A DNA stretch of 62,248 nucleotides from Negaprion brevirostris (taxonomy: Eukaryota). Location of the stretch: positions 39,800,270 through 39,862,517 of the forward strand of contig JARDVH010000115.1 of the NCBI GenBank assembly GCA_030324005.1, given 5' to 3'. Below are positions 48,960 through 60,469 of this stretch, one piece after another. The first letter of the stretch is position 1; the number at the start of each line of letters is the position of its first letter. The notes beneath the pieces were generated by a model. That model saw only the letters and a program-made list of their open reading frames with translations, made no database searches and had not been told where the DNA came from. Position numbers and translations under genes: made by a program.

Positions 48960-51900
48960 TCAACTTGATGGCAAGAGCCTCTGGGAAGGCGACAGCAGCT
49001 TTTGTGTTGCGGTAAATGCTGAACACTCTGAACTTGGGTCTGCCCTTAATGAGATGTCGAAGGACCGGCTCGTCTGTGGGGTGAATAATACTGCATAAAG
49101 AAGAAGCTGTTGGCAGAAGTAGAAATAACCCCAAAGGTATTAGAAATTGCCCTTGCTATGGAAATTGCAGAAAAAGGCATGATGGAACTTCAAAATGTGC
49201 AAAGTGGCAAGGTCCACCAGGTTTGGATAGAAGCTGCAAATGGCAGTAGTGCAGGGTGCAGGGGCAGAGTTTAACGAATAAAGAAATACAGAACCAGAGA
49301 GAGTGCAGAGATATAGGAGATACGATCTACGAACCAAGAACTGTGAAGAATGCTATCGATGTGGGGGAGGCCACCCCAGAGGCAGTATAGCTTTAGGGAA
49401 GAAGCAGGTGCAAGGTTAAACAGGACCTGCCCAGTGCTAAAGGAAAATAATTCTAACTCCATTGCGCAGTGGAAAGAATAGTTCTGAAGAAGGATCAGCT
49501 GCATATAGTTGAATAATATTAAGGTAGGCAAAGTGGGTCCCATGACAATTGGTTAACAGTTGTCCACTCAAAACAGAGATAGAGATAAAAGCCTCCATCA
49601 CAGTAGTGGGAGAACAAACGTATCAGTACTTACGGTGGGGGGAGGGGGGTTCCAGATCTGAAATTAAACAACACTGCAACATATGGTGGGGGGGAGGCTT
49701 TATGGATTTTGAGAACAAAACCAGCAGCCGTTAGTTACAGACAGCAGTCTGCCCAATTGCCTTTAATTGTAGTTGAGGACCAAGGGCCAAGTTTGATGGG
49801 ATGAGTTTGGCTTCAGGAAATAAAATTGAATTGGTTAGATATTTCCAGAATTAATGAAGGGGAGCTTCATGACATCCTTTGAAGATATCAGGCAGTATTT
49901 CAAAAAGAACTAGATAAAGCACGGCACTTGAAAGCCTTCACATAAAATGAAGGAAGGGTTAGAAAGACCCATCGGCTTTTCTTCAAAGACCGTAACTTAT
50001 ACCGAAAAATGTTAAGATTGAGAAAGAGGACTTGGCTTTGGTTTAAAGAAATTCCACAAATATGTTTGTGGATGGCATTTCAACATAATTACAGATCACA
50101 AACCTCTGCTAGGCTTATTTGCAGAAGATAAAGCCATCCCTCCAATAGCATCTGCAAGGCTACAACCTTGGGCCACTTACGAATATGCTTTTAAACACAG
50201 ACTGGGAACACATACATCAAATGCAGGTACTTGAGTTGTCTCCCACTACCAGAACATATGTCACCCCACTAGTGCCACAAGAAATTATCCTGGTGTTGAA
50301 ATTCTGCAAAACACTGTCATCGCAACAGATGAAATACTGGATCAGAAAGATCCAATATAGTCCAGAGTTAAGTGTATGGTTTTTCATAACTGGCATTATG
50401 ATAGATTGTCTGAACAACTAAAACCTTTCAAACAAAGAAGATTGAATTGAGAGTCAAAGATGGTGGCCTTCCATGATCGTCCCCACATTTGGCAGGAAAT
50501 TATTATGGCTCACAGATGTGCGTGGTGGTCCAGATTAGATGCAGACATAGAAAGAATGGTTATACAGTGTGACCAATGCCACGTACAACAAAGGTTACCA
50601 TCAGCAGCCAAGGCACCTTTGAGAATGGCCTGATCAGCCATGGTTGTGACCCCATGTTTATTTTGCTTCCTGCTGCCTCAGAAAAGCAGTAAGCATAATC
50701 AAGGACATCACACACCCCTGATATACCCTCTCCCACCCTTTTCATTATGGAAAAAGATACAAAAGCCTGAGATCATATATCAACCAACTGAAGAACAGCT
50801 TCTTCCCTGCTGCCATCAGACTTTTGAATGGATCTACCTTATACTAAGCTGATCTTTCTCCACACCCTAGCTGTGACTGTAACACTATACTCTGCACTCT
50901 CTCCTTTCCTTCTCCTCTATGTACTCTATGAACAGTATGTTTTGTCTGTGGAAACAATACTTTTCACTGTATCCCAATACGTGACAATAATAAATCAAAT
51001 TTTGTTGGCCCATTCCTAATTAGTAAAGCACTCTCAAAATGGCTAGATATCTATGAAATGAAGTCCACGGCTTCTTTTGTAGTAGTGGAAAAGTTAAGGC
51101 AAACCTTCGCCATCCATGGTTTGCCAGAGGTATTGATTTCCGACAATGGGACAGCATTTATCAGTGAGGAGCTCCAGCACTTCACGTCGTCAAATGTCAT
51201 TAAATATATATATTACTGCAACTTACCATCCCTCCAGGCTGAGGCCCGTGCAAACTTTTAAAACAGCCATGAAAAAGCAACCAACAGCAAGCCTACAGCT
51301 CAAATCAGCGTGTTCTCATCACATATAGAACAATGCCCCACATGACCATCAGAGTAACTCCTGTCGAGGTCCTGATGGGTAGGCATATTTGAACCAGATT
51401 GGAACCTGGTGTGTTTCTAAATTTGACGAGGAAGGTGGAGGCAAAGCCGAGTGTGCAAAAGAAACACCACGATTCAATAGAACCTGAGAGAACATTCAAA
51501 ATGAATGCTCTAGTATATGCTAAAAACTTTGGGACTGGTCAGAGTTGGGACCGAAGTGTTGTCATGGCCAGAATGGGCCCAGTATGAAGTAGAATTTCAA
51601 GGTAAAATACTGAAGAAGCATGTAGATCACTCGAGGACACGAACAAGCAGTTATCTGCCCAGCAGGGCAGTCCGCTCCAAATATGCCTGCCAGTAATGTT
51701 GTTGTGTTTGAAAGTAGTACAGAAACAAGTCAGCTTGAGAAAGGGTAAAGTACTGTTCCAGTGCGAACTGAAGAAGTGATCTGCACTGAAGCACCTTTAT
51801 AAGTTGGAAATCTAACATCTGAAAGTTAAACCAAATCTACCCCTGCAGTTGAGGCACCTCCTGTTCAGCTGTGTCGCTCCAATGCCGCTCCTAACGGCAT

Positions 51901-52120
51901 TGTGAATCAACCCACAGAGCATGGACTGCAGTGGTTCAAGAAGGAAGCTCACAACCACCTTCTCAAGGGCAACTAGAGATGAGCAATAAATGCTGGCCAG
52001 CCAGCGACGCCCACGCCCTATGAATGAATAAAACAAAAGAGGGAGAGGAAACCCCGTTGGATTGACTTTAGAATGGATCATGTTAAAGAATTCATTTACG
52101 GAGTTATATTGTAAATAGAA
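48960..52120 (+). mobile_element. Decayed Ty3/Gypsy internal region (gag, protease, RNase H, integrase); RT largely missing; nested LINE tails
   Basis: LNEMSKDRLVCGVNN (gag), CYRCGG (Zn knuckle), LPLIVVEDQGPSLMG (protease), IITDHKPLLGLFAEDKAIPPIASARLQ (RNase H), KLRQTFAIHGLPEVLISDNGTAFISEE (integrase); many stops and frameshifts. Confidence 0.85.
50655..51000 (+). mobile_element. Rex1/Babar-like LINE 3' end nested in Gypsy integrase
   Basis: aagaacagcttcttccctgctgccatcagacttttgaatgga...gtgacaataataaatcaaat; homologous to 4490-4770. Confidence 0.75.
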
Positions 52121-52124
52121 AACT

Positions 52125-52453
52125 CGGGGAGGTGATGGCCTAGTGATATAATTGCTAGACTATTAATCCAGAAACTCAGTTAATGTTCTGCAGACCCGAG
52201 TTCAAGTCCCACCACGTTAGATGGTGGAATTTGAATTCAATAAAAATTATCTGGAATTACGATGACCAGGAAACCATTGTCGATTGTTCGAAAAGCATCT
52301 GGTTTACTAATGTCCTTTAGGGAAGGAAATCTGCTGTTCTTACCTGGTCTGACCTATACGTGACTCTAGAGCCAGAGCACTATGGTTGACTCTCAACTGC
52401 TCTCTGACCAAGGGCAATTAGGGATAGATAATAAATGCTGGCCAACCAGGGAC
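52125..52453 (+). mobile_element. Second tRNA-headed SINE family (further fragments at about 48760-48940, 53000-53205 and 42475-42780)
   Basis: A-box-like tggcctagtg, B box gagttcaagtccc, body ctaatgtcctttagggaaggaaatctgc, tail aagggcaattagggat...aataaatgctggcc. Confidence 0.75.
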
Positions 52454-52605
52454 ATGATGTGGAGATACCAGCATTGGACTGGGGTAAACACAGCAAGAAA
52501 TCTCACAACACCAGGTTAAAGTCCAACCAATTTATTTGATAGTAAACTCACAAACCTTCCGGGTTTGCCTCTTCGTCAGATGAATGGAGAGTTCTGGCCT
52601 CAGAC
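52454..52605 (-). mobile_element. Penelope-like terminal repeat with mutated hammerhead, joined to CR1 fragment 52606-52733
   Basis: Reverse complement of about 33030-33180; core CTGACGA...GAAG (GAAA mutated). Confidence 0.82.
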
Positions 52606-53602
52606 AAAGGGGATGGATAGGGTAGAGGTGGAGAGGTTCTTCCCGCTCAGAAAGGTCAGCAGGACTAGAGGGCACAGCCTCAAGATAAGGGGGGAGCAGT
52701 TTAGAACAGAGTTGAGGAGGAACTTCTTCACTCNNNNNNNNNNNNNNNNNNNNNNNNNNNNNNNNNNNNNNNNNNNNNNNNNNNNNNNNNNNNNNNNNNN
52801 NNNNNNNNNNNNNNNNNNNNNNNNNNNNNNNNNGCATTCTGGAGACTGTGGTCAAAGTAATCGCTAGCATCTTTCTCACTCTCTATATAGAGTTACTCCT
52901 GTTAATAAATAGCTCTTTGGTTACTCCATTTGTTGGTTGCCATTCTTTCCAATGCATTACAAATAGTGACCATGAAATTATCACCTTATCATAAAAATCT
53001 ATCTGGTTCTAATGTCCTTTAAGAAATCCACTGTCTTCCCTAGGCTGGACGCTGTTGTTCTAGACTGATGGCAATGTGGTTGACTCTCAACTGCTCTTTG
53101 AACTCAACTAAGACTCAGCTGAGTTCAAGAGGGCAGCTCATCCATTCAAGGCCAATGAATCCTTGCCTTGCCAGCAATATCCATATGCTGTGAATGAGTG
53201 AACAAGAAAGTTTATCTTCAACATTTTCAGGCAGATGTCCCTCAACCTAGACAGATTAGAATGCCTGGTACGTAGAGAAAAATCAGTTTGTAGAACAACA
53301 TGCCCACAAGAGTTTTAGTTGGATTTTCCATCAATTAGTTTATGTCAATCCCCCCTGCCAAAAATTTTTGTCTGTGCTGCAGGTAATCCAATACATCTAG
53401 GAGCAAGTTCCGGAACATCTGCCCATTCCTTCAAATTACTGAACTAGACCTGGCTTTTAAAAAGTCACCTTAATCCTGTGATTGTGAAAGACATCACTTT
53501 CAGTACAGCTCTATAGTTCAGTAAAAGGTCTTTCTGCATTATTTTAAAACTTTATTTCCTCAAAATCTCACATGGTAGCTGAAATCTTCCTCCCTCATTT
53601 AA

Positions 53603-53714
53603 GGCAGGAATTTTCCAGTGCCACTGAAAGTTAATGGCGTTTTGACTGGTATGCCAAATTTTCCATTCTCACTAGCAATAGGTCCCGACATGGATGAGTC
53701 CAGAGAATCCTGCC
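53603..53714. mobile_element. MITE with TAA TSD
   Basis: taa|GGCAGGAATTTTC ... GAGAATCCTGCC|taa. Confidence 0.75.
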
Positions 53715-53884
53715 TAATATGTGTAAAATTATTATGATTGAAAATAGGTATCAGAGTTCATCTGTTGGTCATTTTTCTAATGCTTCTAAACTGGATTTAC
53801 TGGATGTTAAAGACTGCAGTACAGTNNNNNNNNNNNNNNNNNNNNNNNNNNNNNNNNNNNNNNNNNNNNNNNNNNNNNNNNNNN

Positions 53885-54098
53885 TCCCATGAACCTGTCT
53901 TTGAGCACAATCCAAGAGAGCAAGAAGACAAATGCTTTGTTGCAACAGAAAAGAGCAGAGACATCTGTGGCTGTTAATTTCTTCAGAGCCAGTAAATATA
54001 AGTAATTAGTTAATGTCCAGAGGATAGAAAACGGGGCTGTTCTTTTCAGAAAGAGTTTCAGAGTCAGTCCTTCTTCTCCAAAGATTCGACTGCACTCC
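53885..54098 (-). CDS. SLC35F4: SLC35F4 coding exon; last bases and splice donor hidden in N gap 53826-53884
   Basis: (R)ECSRIFGEEGLTLKLFLKRTAPFSILWTLTNYLYLLALKKLTATDVSALFCCNKAFVFLLSWIVLKDRFMG; acceptor cctgcag|G GAG TGC. Confidence 0.95.
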
Positions 54099-54789
54099 CT
54101 GCAGGCAATGAACAAATATAATCAGAGATATGTGGAGCAATAACTTCTCTTTCACTACAGCTATTCCATTAACAGCAAACACAAGTGCCTACTACATCAT
54201 CAAATAATTATTTATTTAAATATTTTGTCTATCTAGCTCCTACGCTGAATGATATAGCTGATCCTCGTTAATGTGGACATTGTTAATTGGGTTGTTAATT
54301 TAAAGGAAAGTGTTTTCAAGTATTATTAATTGATTCCAATGCATTTGAATCCTCTTTAATCAAGTTCCTCTGTGGCATTATTTAGTGTTGTCAATGAGAC
54401 AATTTAACCAGAGCTTCAATAAATCGTTTTAACGATACAATTATATCGAAGTTTGAATTATGATTGTTGGACATCCTGTCCTGAATAAGCAATTTCTGTC
54501 AACTCCATGTTGGTAAAACCAAAGCTATTGGGTGGGATTTTCCACCTNNNNNNNNNNNNNNNNNNNNNNNNNNNNNNNNNNNNNNNNNNNNNNNNNNNNN
54601 NNNNNNNNNNNNNNNNNNNNNNNNNNNNNNNNNNNNNNNNNNNNNNNNNNNNNNNNNNNNCATGCACAGGAAGCCGTTGTCAGTTGAACTGAAAAATCCC
54701 ACTAAAGGGCTAGAAAACTTTGACCATTGTCCTCCTTTCCTGCCAAAAAGTCCATTCCATAACCAACTCCTTGATAACTGTCAGGAATT

Positions 54790-55460
54790 GAATCAAACCA
54801 ATCGCAATTTTGGTGTCATACTTAATCATGAGTTTATGCTTCCAACTATGTATCTGCTCTTCATTAAGACCGCTTATTTGCACCTCCATTACACCAACTG
54901 CCACCGAAACCCTAATCAATATCCTTGTTGATGAGCTTTCCAATGTTCTCCTGGTGATCTCAAGTTCACGGAGAGACTACCTAACATCTCCTGCCAAATC
55001 CTGACTCACAACAATTCTAATTCACCTATTATCCCTGTTTGCTGATCTAAATTGGCTCCCAGTCCAGTAACACCTCTATTTCAAAATTCTCATTCTTATT
55101 TCCAAATTCCTCCATGACCTCAGCCACTTCCCATTTTAATGATCTCCTTCAATTCCATGTCTCTCTCAGAGCTCTGTGCTCCTCCAATTCTGGGGTCTTT
55201 CGTGGCCAATTTTCATCTCTGCTTTGAGTAGTAATTACCCTAAGCCTAGGAACACCTCCTCCCACCCCACCGCCCACACACCCCACCACACCTCTCCACT
55301 TTTCTACCTTCCTTTCCTTCTTTAAACTGATCTATAAAACTGACCCCTTCGACTAAGCTTTGGTCATCTGTTCCAATATCTATCCTTTTTGTGACTCGGT
55401 ATCAAATTTTGTTAGATGGTGCTCCTGGGAAGTTTTACTATGTTTAGTGCAATATGCTGT
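54790..55460 (+). mobile_element. Old L2-like LINE 3' portion
   Basis: ITHNNSNSPIIP(fs)ADLNWLPVQ...FKILILISKFLHDLS resembles the L2 HITPVL..LHWLPV..RI.FKIL motif. Confidence 0.6.
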
Positions 55461-55653
55461 CGTTAGTGAAGTATATTTCAATCTGCGATATTGTGACAAC
55501 ATGAAAAAGTGACTGTCACACGTAGGAGCAATGTGCTGAAAACGAAGTCCACTTTAACTATATATTGTAACAAAAGAAAACTAGCTATGTGTAATTTTAA
55601 ACGGCACGATATCTTTTAACATTTTATTGAACAAAAAGAGAAGAAATCAGTAC

Positions 55654-55951
55654 CTAATTTTTTGAATTAATGTCTGCTTTTCCTGTGCTGAAGCCAAGTG
55701 TCCCGAGTAGTACACAGGAAAAAACATTATGTTCCAATTTGTAGAGAACCAGGTCATAAAAAAGGGACAATGGAAGTTCTTGTATGTGACTTTGACAATC
55801 TGTGTAGTACCAACCCAGGAGGATGATACAGAAAGAATGACCAGAAACCCCCAGAAAATCTTGAAGAATGCAGAGGTACATGATTGACAGCGTGTCTTAA
55901 CATGATTATCCTGATGAAGATTTTCAGTCCGATTCTCAGAAGCTTCTTCTC
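55654..55951 (-). CDS. SLC35F4: SLC35F4 internal coding exon (first exon visible in window, 298 bp)
   Basis: Translates ...KIFWGFLVILSVSSSWVGTTQIVKVTYKNFHCPFFMTWFSTNWNIMFFPVYYSGHLASAQEKQTLIQKI, recognisable as SLC35F4. Acceptor tttactttccag|GA, donor ATTAG|gtactg; phase fits the next exon. Confidence 0.95.
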
Positions 55952-58649
55952 CTGGAAAGTAAAAAGAAATCATTTAAAACACAAAATCTAACAGTACACA
56001 CTGATCTACTGCAGAAAACAGCAATATCGCTTTGAGATTCCTCTACCAGTTTTAATCAGAGAAATAAAACATAAGAACACTGGAACAGGAAAGTTCAGCC
56101 TCTTGCATCTCCTCTGCTGCATTTGTTGTCCATGGCCAATGTTCCCTCTGAGCAGTACAAATGTGCAGCAGTCTGGAATTTACACTGCGTTACCCAAGTT
56201 GCCCACAACCACTGTTTCCTCTATAATGCATACATGCATGGTCGCACAGCAATCCTGAGTGCATTGCACAGTGCAAAAAAAAGATTGCGCACAACAGAAA
56301 AAAAGTTAGCAGAAACATTGATCCTGGTGCCTTTGTCTGTAAATCCAAAAACTCTGTGCTTGATCTAGGAGGCCAGTTTTCCTGGAGGTGATGATGATGA
56401 ATGATCCAGATGGTGTGTATGTTAGGATGTCTCAGTGCCCGAGGTCACTTCTTACTAGTGGGGTTGGACAGGCATCAAGTTCCATGAATGGATACCCTTG
56501 TGAGGATAATTGCAGCGTTACTTCAAAGTGGAAGGGTCTGTGGTCATTTCAAAGGGAAAATAAGTGTGGTGCATTTTGAGTGTGTGGGAGCAAACTCTGA
56601 GTAAATATTTTGAACAATTGCAGTTTAAAGTCAAACATTGTCAGTTGAAATTATTACTGCTCATGAGATCATTTTGAAAGCCAAGCGGGAGATTCTGTAT
56701 TGCAAACCATCATCCTGTGTGTCAGGAGACTAATCATATGAAGACATCTTTGACAACAAGGCAGAATGTTGGACTCTGGTGTTAGCATTGCAGTGAAAAC
56801 TAGGAAATGTGGTTCCAAGTCCACTATCAGAAGGTAACACAATTTTTTAACAACCCTTGCATTAAGTGGGAGCAGCCAGAGACTTTAGGTGGAATTTTCT
56901 CTTTGTTTTCAAAGTATTAAATTGGGCAGGAAAAGCAGTATGCAGTTTGTTGGCGGCAGTGCTGGCTTTTCCCACTGAATTTTTGAACACTTTTGAAAAA
57001 AAAACTCAGGAGACAGGCAGGTCCCACAATATCACACTGGTTCTGGCAGCCTCTGCATAAGCCTGCCCACCAGCAACCTCAGCCATCAAAAAATTAAAAA
57101 AAAACATGGACCANNNNNNNNNNNNNNNNNNNNGACCACACAGAAACAGAACCACACTCCTGCTTCCCCCCTCCCCCCACCCAACCAACACAGAATCCCA
57201 CTCCCGCTATCACCACCATGGTAATACCCTGCCGACACTACGGAATCCCCAACCATCCACCATTACAGAATCCCCTTCCCATGGACAAAGAATGACCAAA
57301 ATGTCCTCCAGCACTGCCCTTTGACCCTGCCTCCATAACCCCATTATGTCACTGGTGGGGACAGAGACAGTGAAGTAGGGAAATACATCTAGTGTAAAAG
57401 TCACTTTGGGACTATCCCTTGACCTCCGCCCTCCCTGCCATTCCCACCTGCCAAAAACAGTGGCAGTATCTCTGGATGAGATAACCTTCTGAAAGGCAAC
57501 TTGAAAAGTACTATCCCACCCACAATCCCAACCCACTCACAGTGGCCCCTCATACCCTCCAAGTCACCTCATGCCTTCCCCACTGACCCCTAATGATGCA
57601 TCATAACCTCCAAGTCTATTATCCAGTAAATATTCTGCCTGGAATGAATGAGCCCTATAGTAAGAATGGCATGTATGGAAAAACTTAAAAAAAAAGCCAT
57701 TCATAACTCTCTTCAAAAATCTGCGGTTACTACAGACCTATTAAAGTGTCAATCAACTAGGCCTTTAAAGCAACAATCGCTGTTGTCACCTCTTTATCTG
57801 AATAATTGCAAAATAAGTAGAATAGAAAAAGTTGTCAATCAAGAATGTTTCCACTTGTGTGCCCCTATTTCAACAGCCTGATGGGTGCCTGGATTCTCAG
57901 CAAAAATGCATTCTTCTTTCTTAGCACAGAAAAGAGGGGTGTGAGTTGGCATGGATGGTGCATGTGCAATGGGTGATAGGGGAACTGAACAGATGTGATG
58001 AGTGAGGGCTAGAAGGTCTAATATTGAATACAGCAGCTAGGACAAAGTCCCAGAAAACAGAAGCTGGCCTTCTAAATAGCCCTCCTAAACATTTGGCAGC
58101 TGCCTGTGGCTGCCTTCAAACTGTTTTGGGGGATGATGAGCCTGACTCCAGAGGTACCTTCCCTCCCAGAGTAAATATTGCCCTATTCAAGGCACTTTTT
58201 CCTGAGGCAGATGTACCGAGCTGGGAAATTTCCTGACTCCCATTACCCACCCTTAACATAAAAATCCAAACCATCCTTGGAATTTTATAGCTGCTCTAAA
58301 TTGGTGCTCTCCTCTCTGAGTGTTACCCTAATGCTATGCATCCAAAGAGCTTCCTGCTGCTGTCAGTAGGTGGGTCCAATTATGGAAGGATTCTAAATGA
58401 GATCCTATCATGTAGCTTTGACAGGTGCCCTACCACAATTTGTTGCAAACACAGTCCATTTAATGAGTGAAGAGAACAGCTATAAAGTTCATAGTAACTG
58501 TAAAGCTACACTACCTCAAACATTTTTCTTTCACACGGNNNNNNNNNNCTCTAAAGTCATTCACATAGCATCCACTTTTTATTTTATGTGGGCTATCTTA
58601 TACACAAGCCACAACCTGCACAAAACCAGGAAGTGGAATTGCAGGTAAA

Positions 58650-58860
58650 AAATGAAAATGCTGGAAATGCTCAGCAGGTCTGGCACTGTCTGTGGAGAGA
58701 AAAACAGTTAACATTTTGGCACAAGCTCTGACGAAAGATCATCCAGACTCGAAACGTTAACTCTGTTCTCTCCCTACAGATGCTACCAGACCTGCTGAGA
58801 TTTTCCAGTATTTTCAGTACCGTTTCAGATTCCAGCATCTGCAATAATTTGCTTTTATTT
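58650..58860. mobile_element. Second Penelope-like repeat family, inverted arms, with hammerhead motif at 58721-58766 (+)
   Basis: About 58655-58716 is inverted relative to about 58752-58815; CTGACGA-AAGATC(ATCCA)GACTC-GAAA-CG-TTA with palindromic AACGTT; stems imperfect. Confidence 0.7.
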
Positions 58861-60469
58861 ACGTTAATGTTTCAGGCCTTTTATCAGAATTGGGCAACTT
58901 GCTGATTACATCCGGGATTTTCTGTTTATTCCAGAATATGCAATCTTTTTCTTTTGGATTGGTTGAATTGCAGTTCTTTGTGATAGATGAGACAAATAGA
59001 GTGAATTGAATATTTGTGGCTGCTTCAGGTGCTCATTGTGGGGCTCTCAAATAAGTTAACAGGTGGTCATGATGTTACAAGCCTTTGCCTACATTTCTAG
59101 TGTACCACGCTACCTATTCAGACGTCCTATGGCACCATTTCTCGTAACATCAGTTCTTTAATCTCTTAGATACTTGGAAAAGGGGAATGATCTCTCTTTT
59201 AAACTGTTCAATTGACTTTGCACCTGTATGTTCTGGGCAGTGATTTCCAAAGTCTCACAACTCTTTAGGTAACTTTTTGCTGAATTTGCTTTTAACCACC
59301 TTCGCTGAATTCCAAGAGTAAGTCCATTGGCTTTGGGTTTCCCTAATATGGAGAAGAGCTATTCTGTCAATGCCATTCATTATTTTGAACACCTCAGTCA
59401 GATTAATCCCTAATGTCTCCATCATGTGAAATAGAAACTATACTTAGCCTGTGTCTTGTCATAATTCAATCCCTTAATTTCAGTGATCATCCCAGACTGG
59501 GCTTTCAGTCAGCGCTGGACTTTCTCCAAGGCAGAACACTTTACTTGGTACAAGTAAACAAACAGCTTTAACAGGACAGTTGCTAGAACAAAGACTGGGG
59601 AAACTGGTTTGTGTTGCAAAATATCAGTGCCAAAAAGCTGAGGGAATTAATACATCAAATAGAATGTAGATATCGAGAAGCTGAAAAAAAATGACGTTCA
59701 GAAGAATAATTTCAATCTTTACACTCTAGCTGAGGAACCTCACCCTCCAAGAACAAATGCTGGAAATTTTGTCATGGGCTATATATGATTTCCAAGATGT
59801 TACTTTAAACCGATGGAGAATTGTGCACAGCAAAATCTCTGGGATACACATTCGACAGGTAGCAAGCAATTTCCCAGCATGGATCACAAAATCAGAAGCT
59901 TACCCTTTAGACGTAATAAAAACTCTTAAATATACCTTTTAAAAAGAAATCTCCCAACCATCAAAAAACGAGATATTCACTGAGAATAGTTAAAAAACCT
60001 TTACCTACCTCTAGTGCAAATTAAAAAGGGAAAATAACTTTTTAAAGCCATGTACATGCAGCAGTTTGAACGCTGTTATTCCAGTGCAGTTTTTAATCCA
60101 TATGTCTTAACAGGCCCTGCGTTATTTTGGCAAGCAACACTAATGAAATAAACTGGTGAAAAATATCTGTGAATTCAGCATGAGGCTACTTTGCAAAATT
60201 GCCTTAATAAAAGTAAGCTAATGAAGCTCTTGCATGCTCCAAGGAGTAAGAACACATTTTCCTATTGAATATAGTATCTACCAATCTAGCACTAAAGACC
60301 AAATCCTCTGAACGACAGAGATCGCACAGAATACATTCTCACTGAATCCATTCTACAGTGTCAATTTTGGGCATCATCAGCAATCTTTTCTCGGATACCC
60401 AAAATATCATTACCCATTGCTTCTTTTAAAAAGACGCTGACAGACTGCAGTGTAAAGGGGAAGTGGTTG

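Noticed and set aside
10415-55951. Calling the gene SLC35F3
   Set aside because: Recalled diagnostic peptides (SVSSSWVGTTQIVK, GSANFGEAA, RANGTVSIPLA) fit SLC35F4; a phylogeny would confirm.
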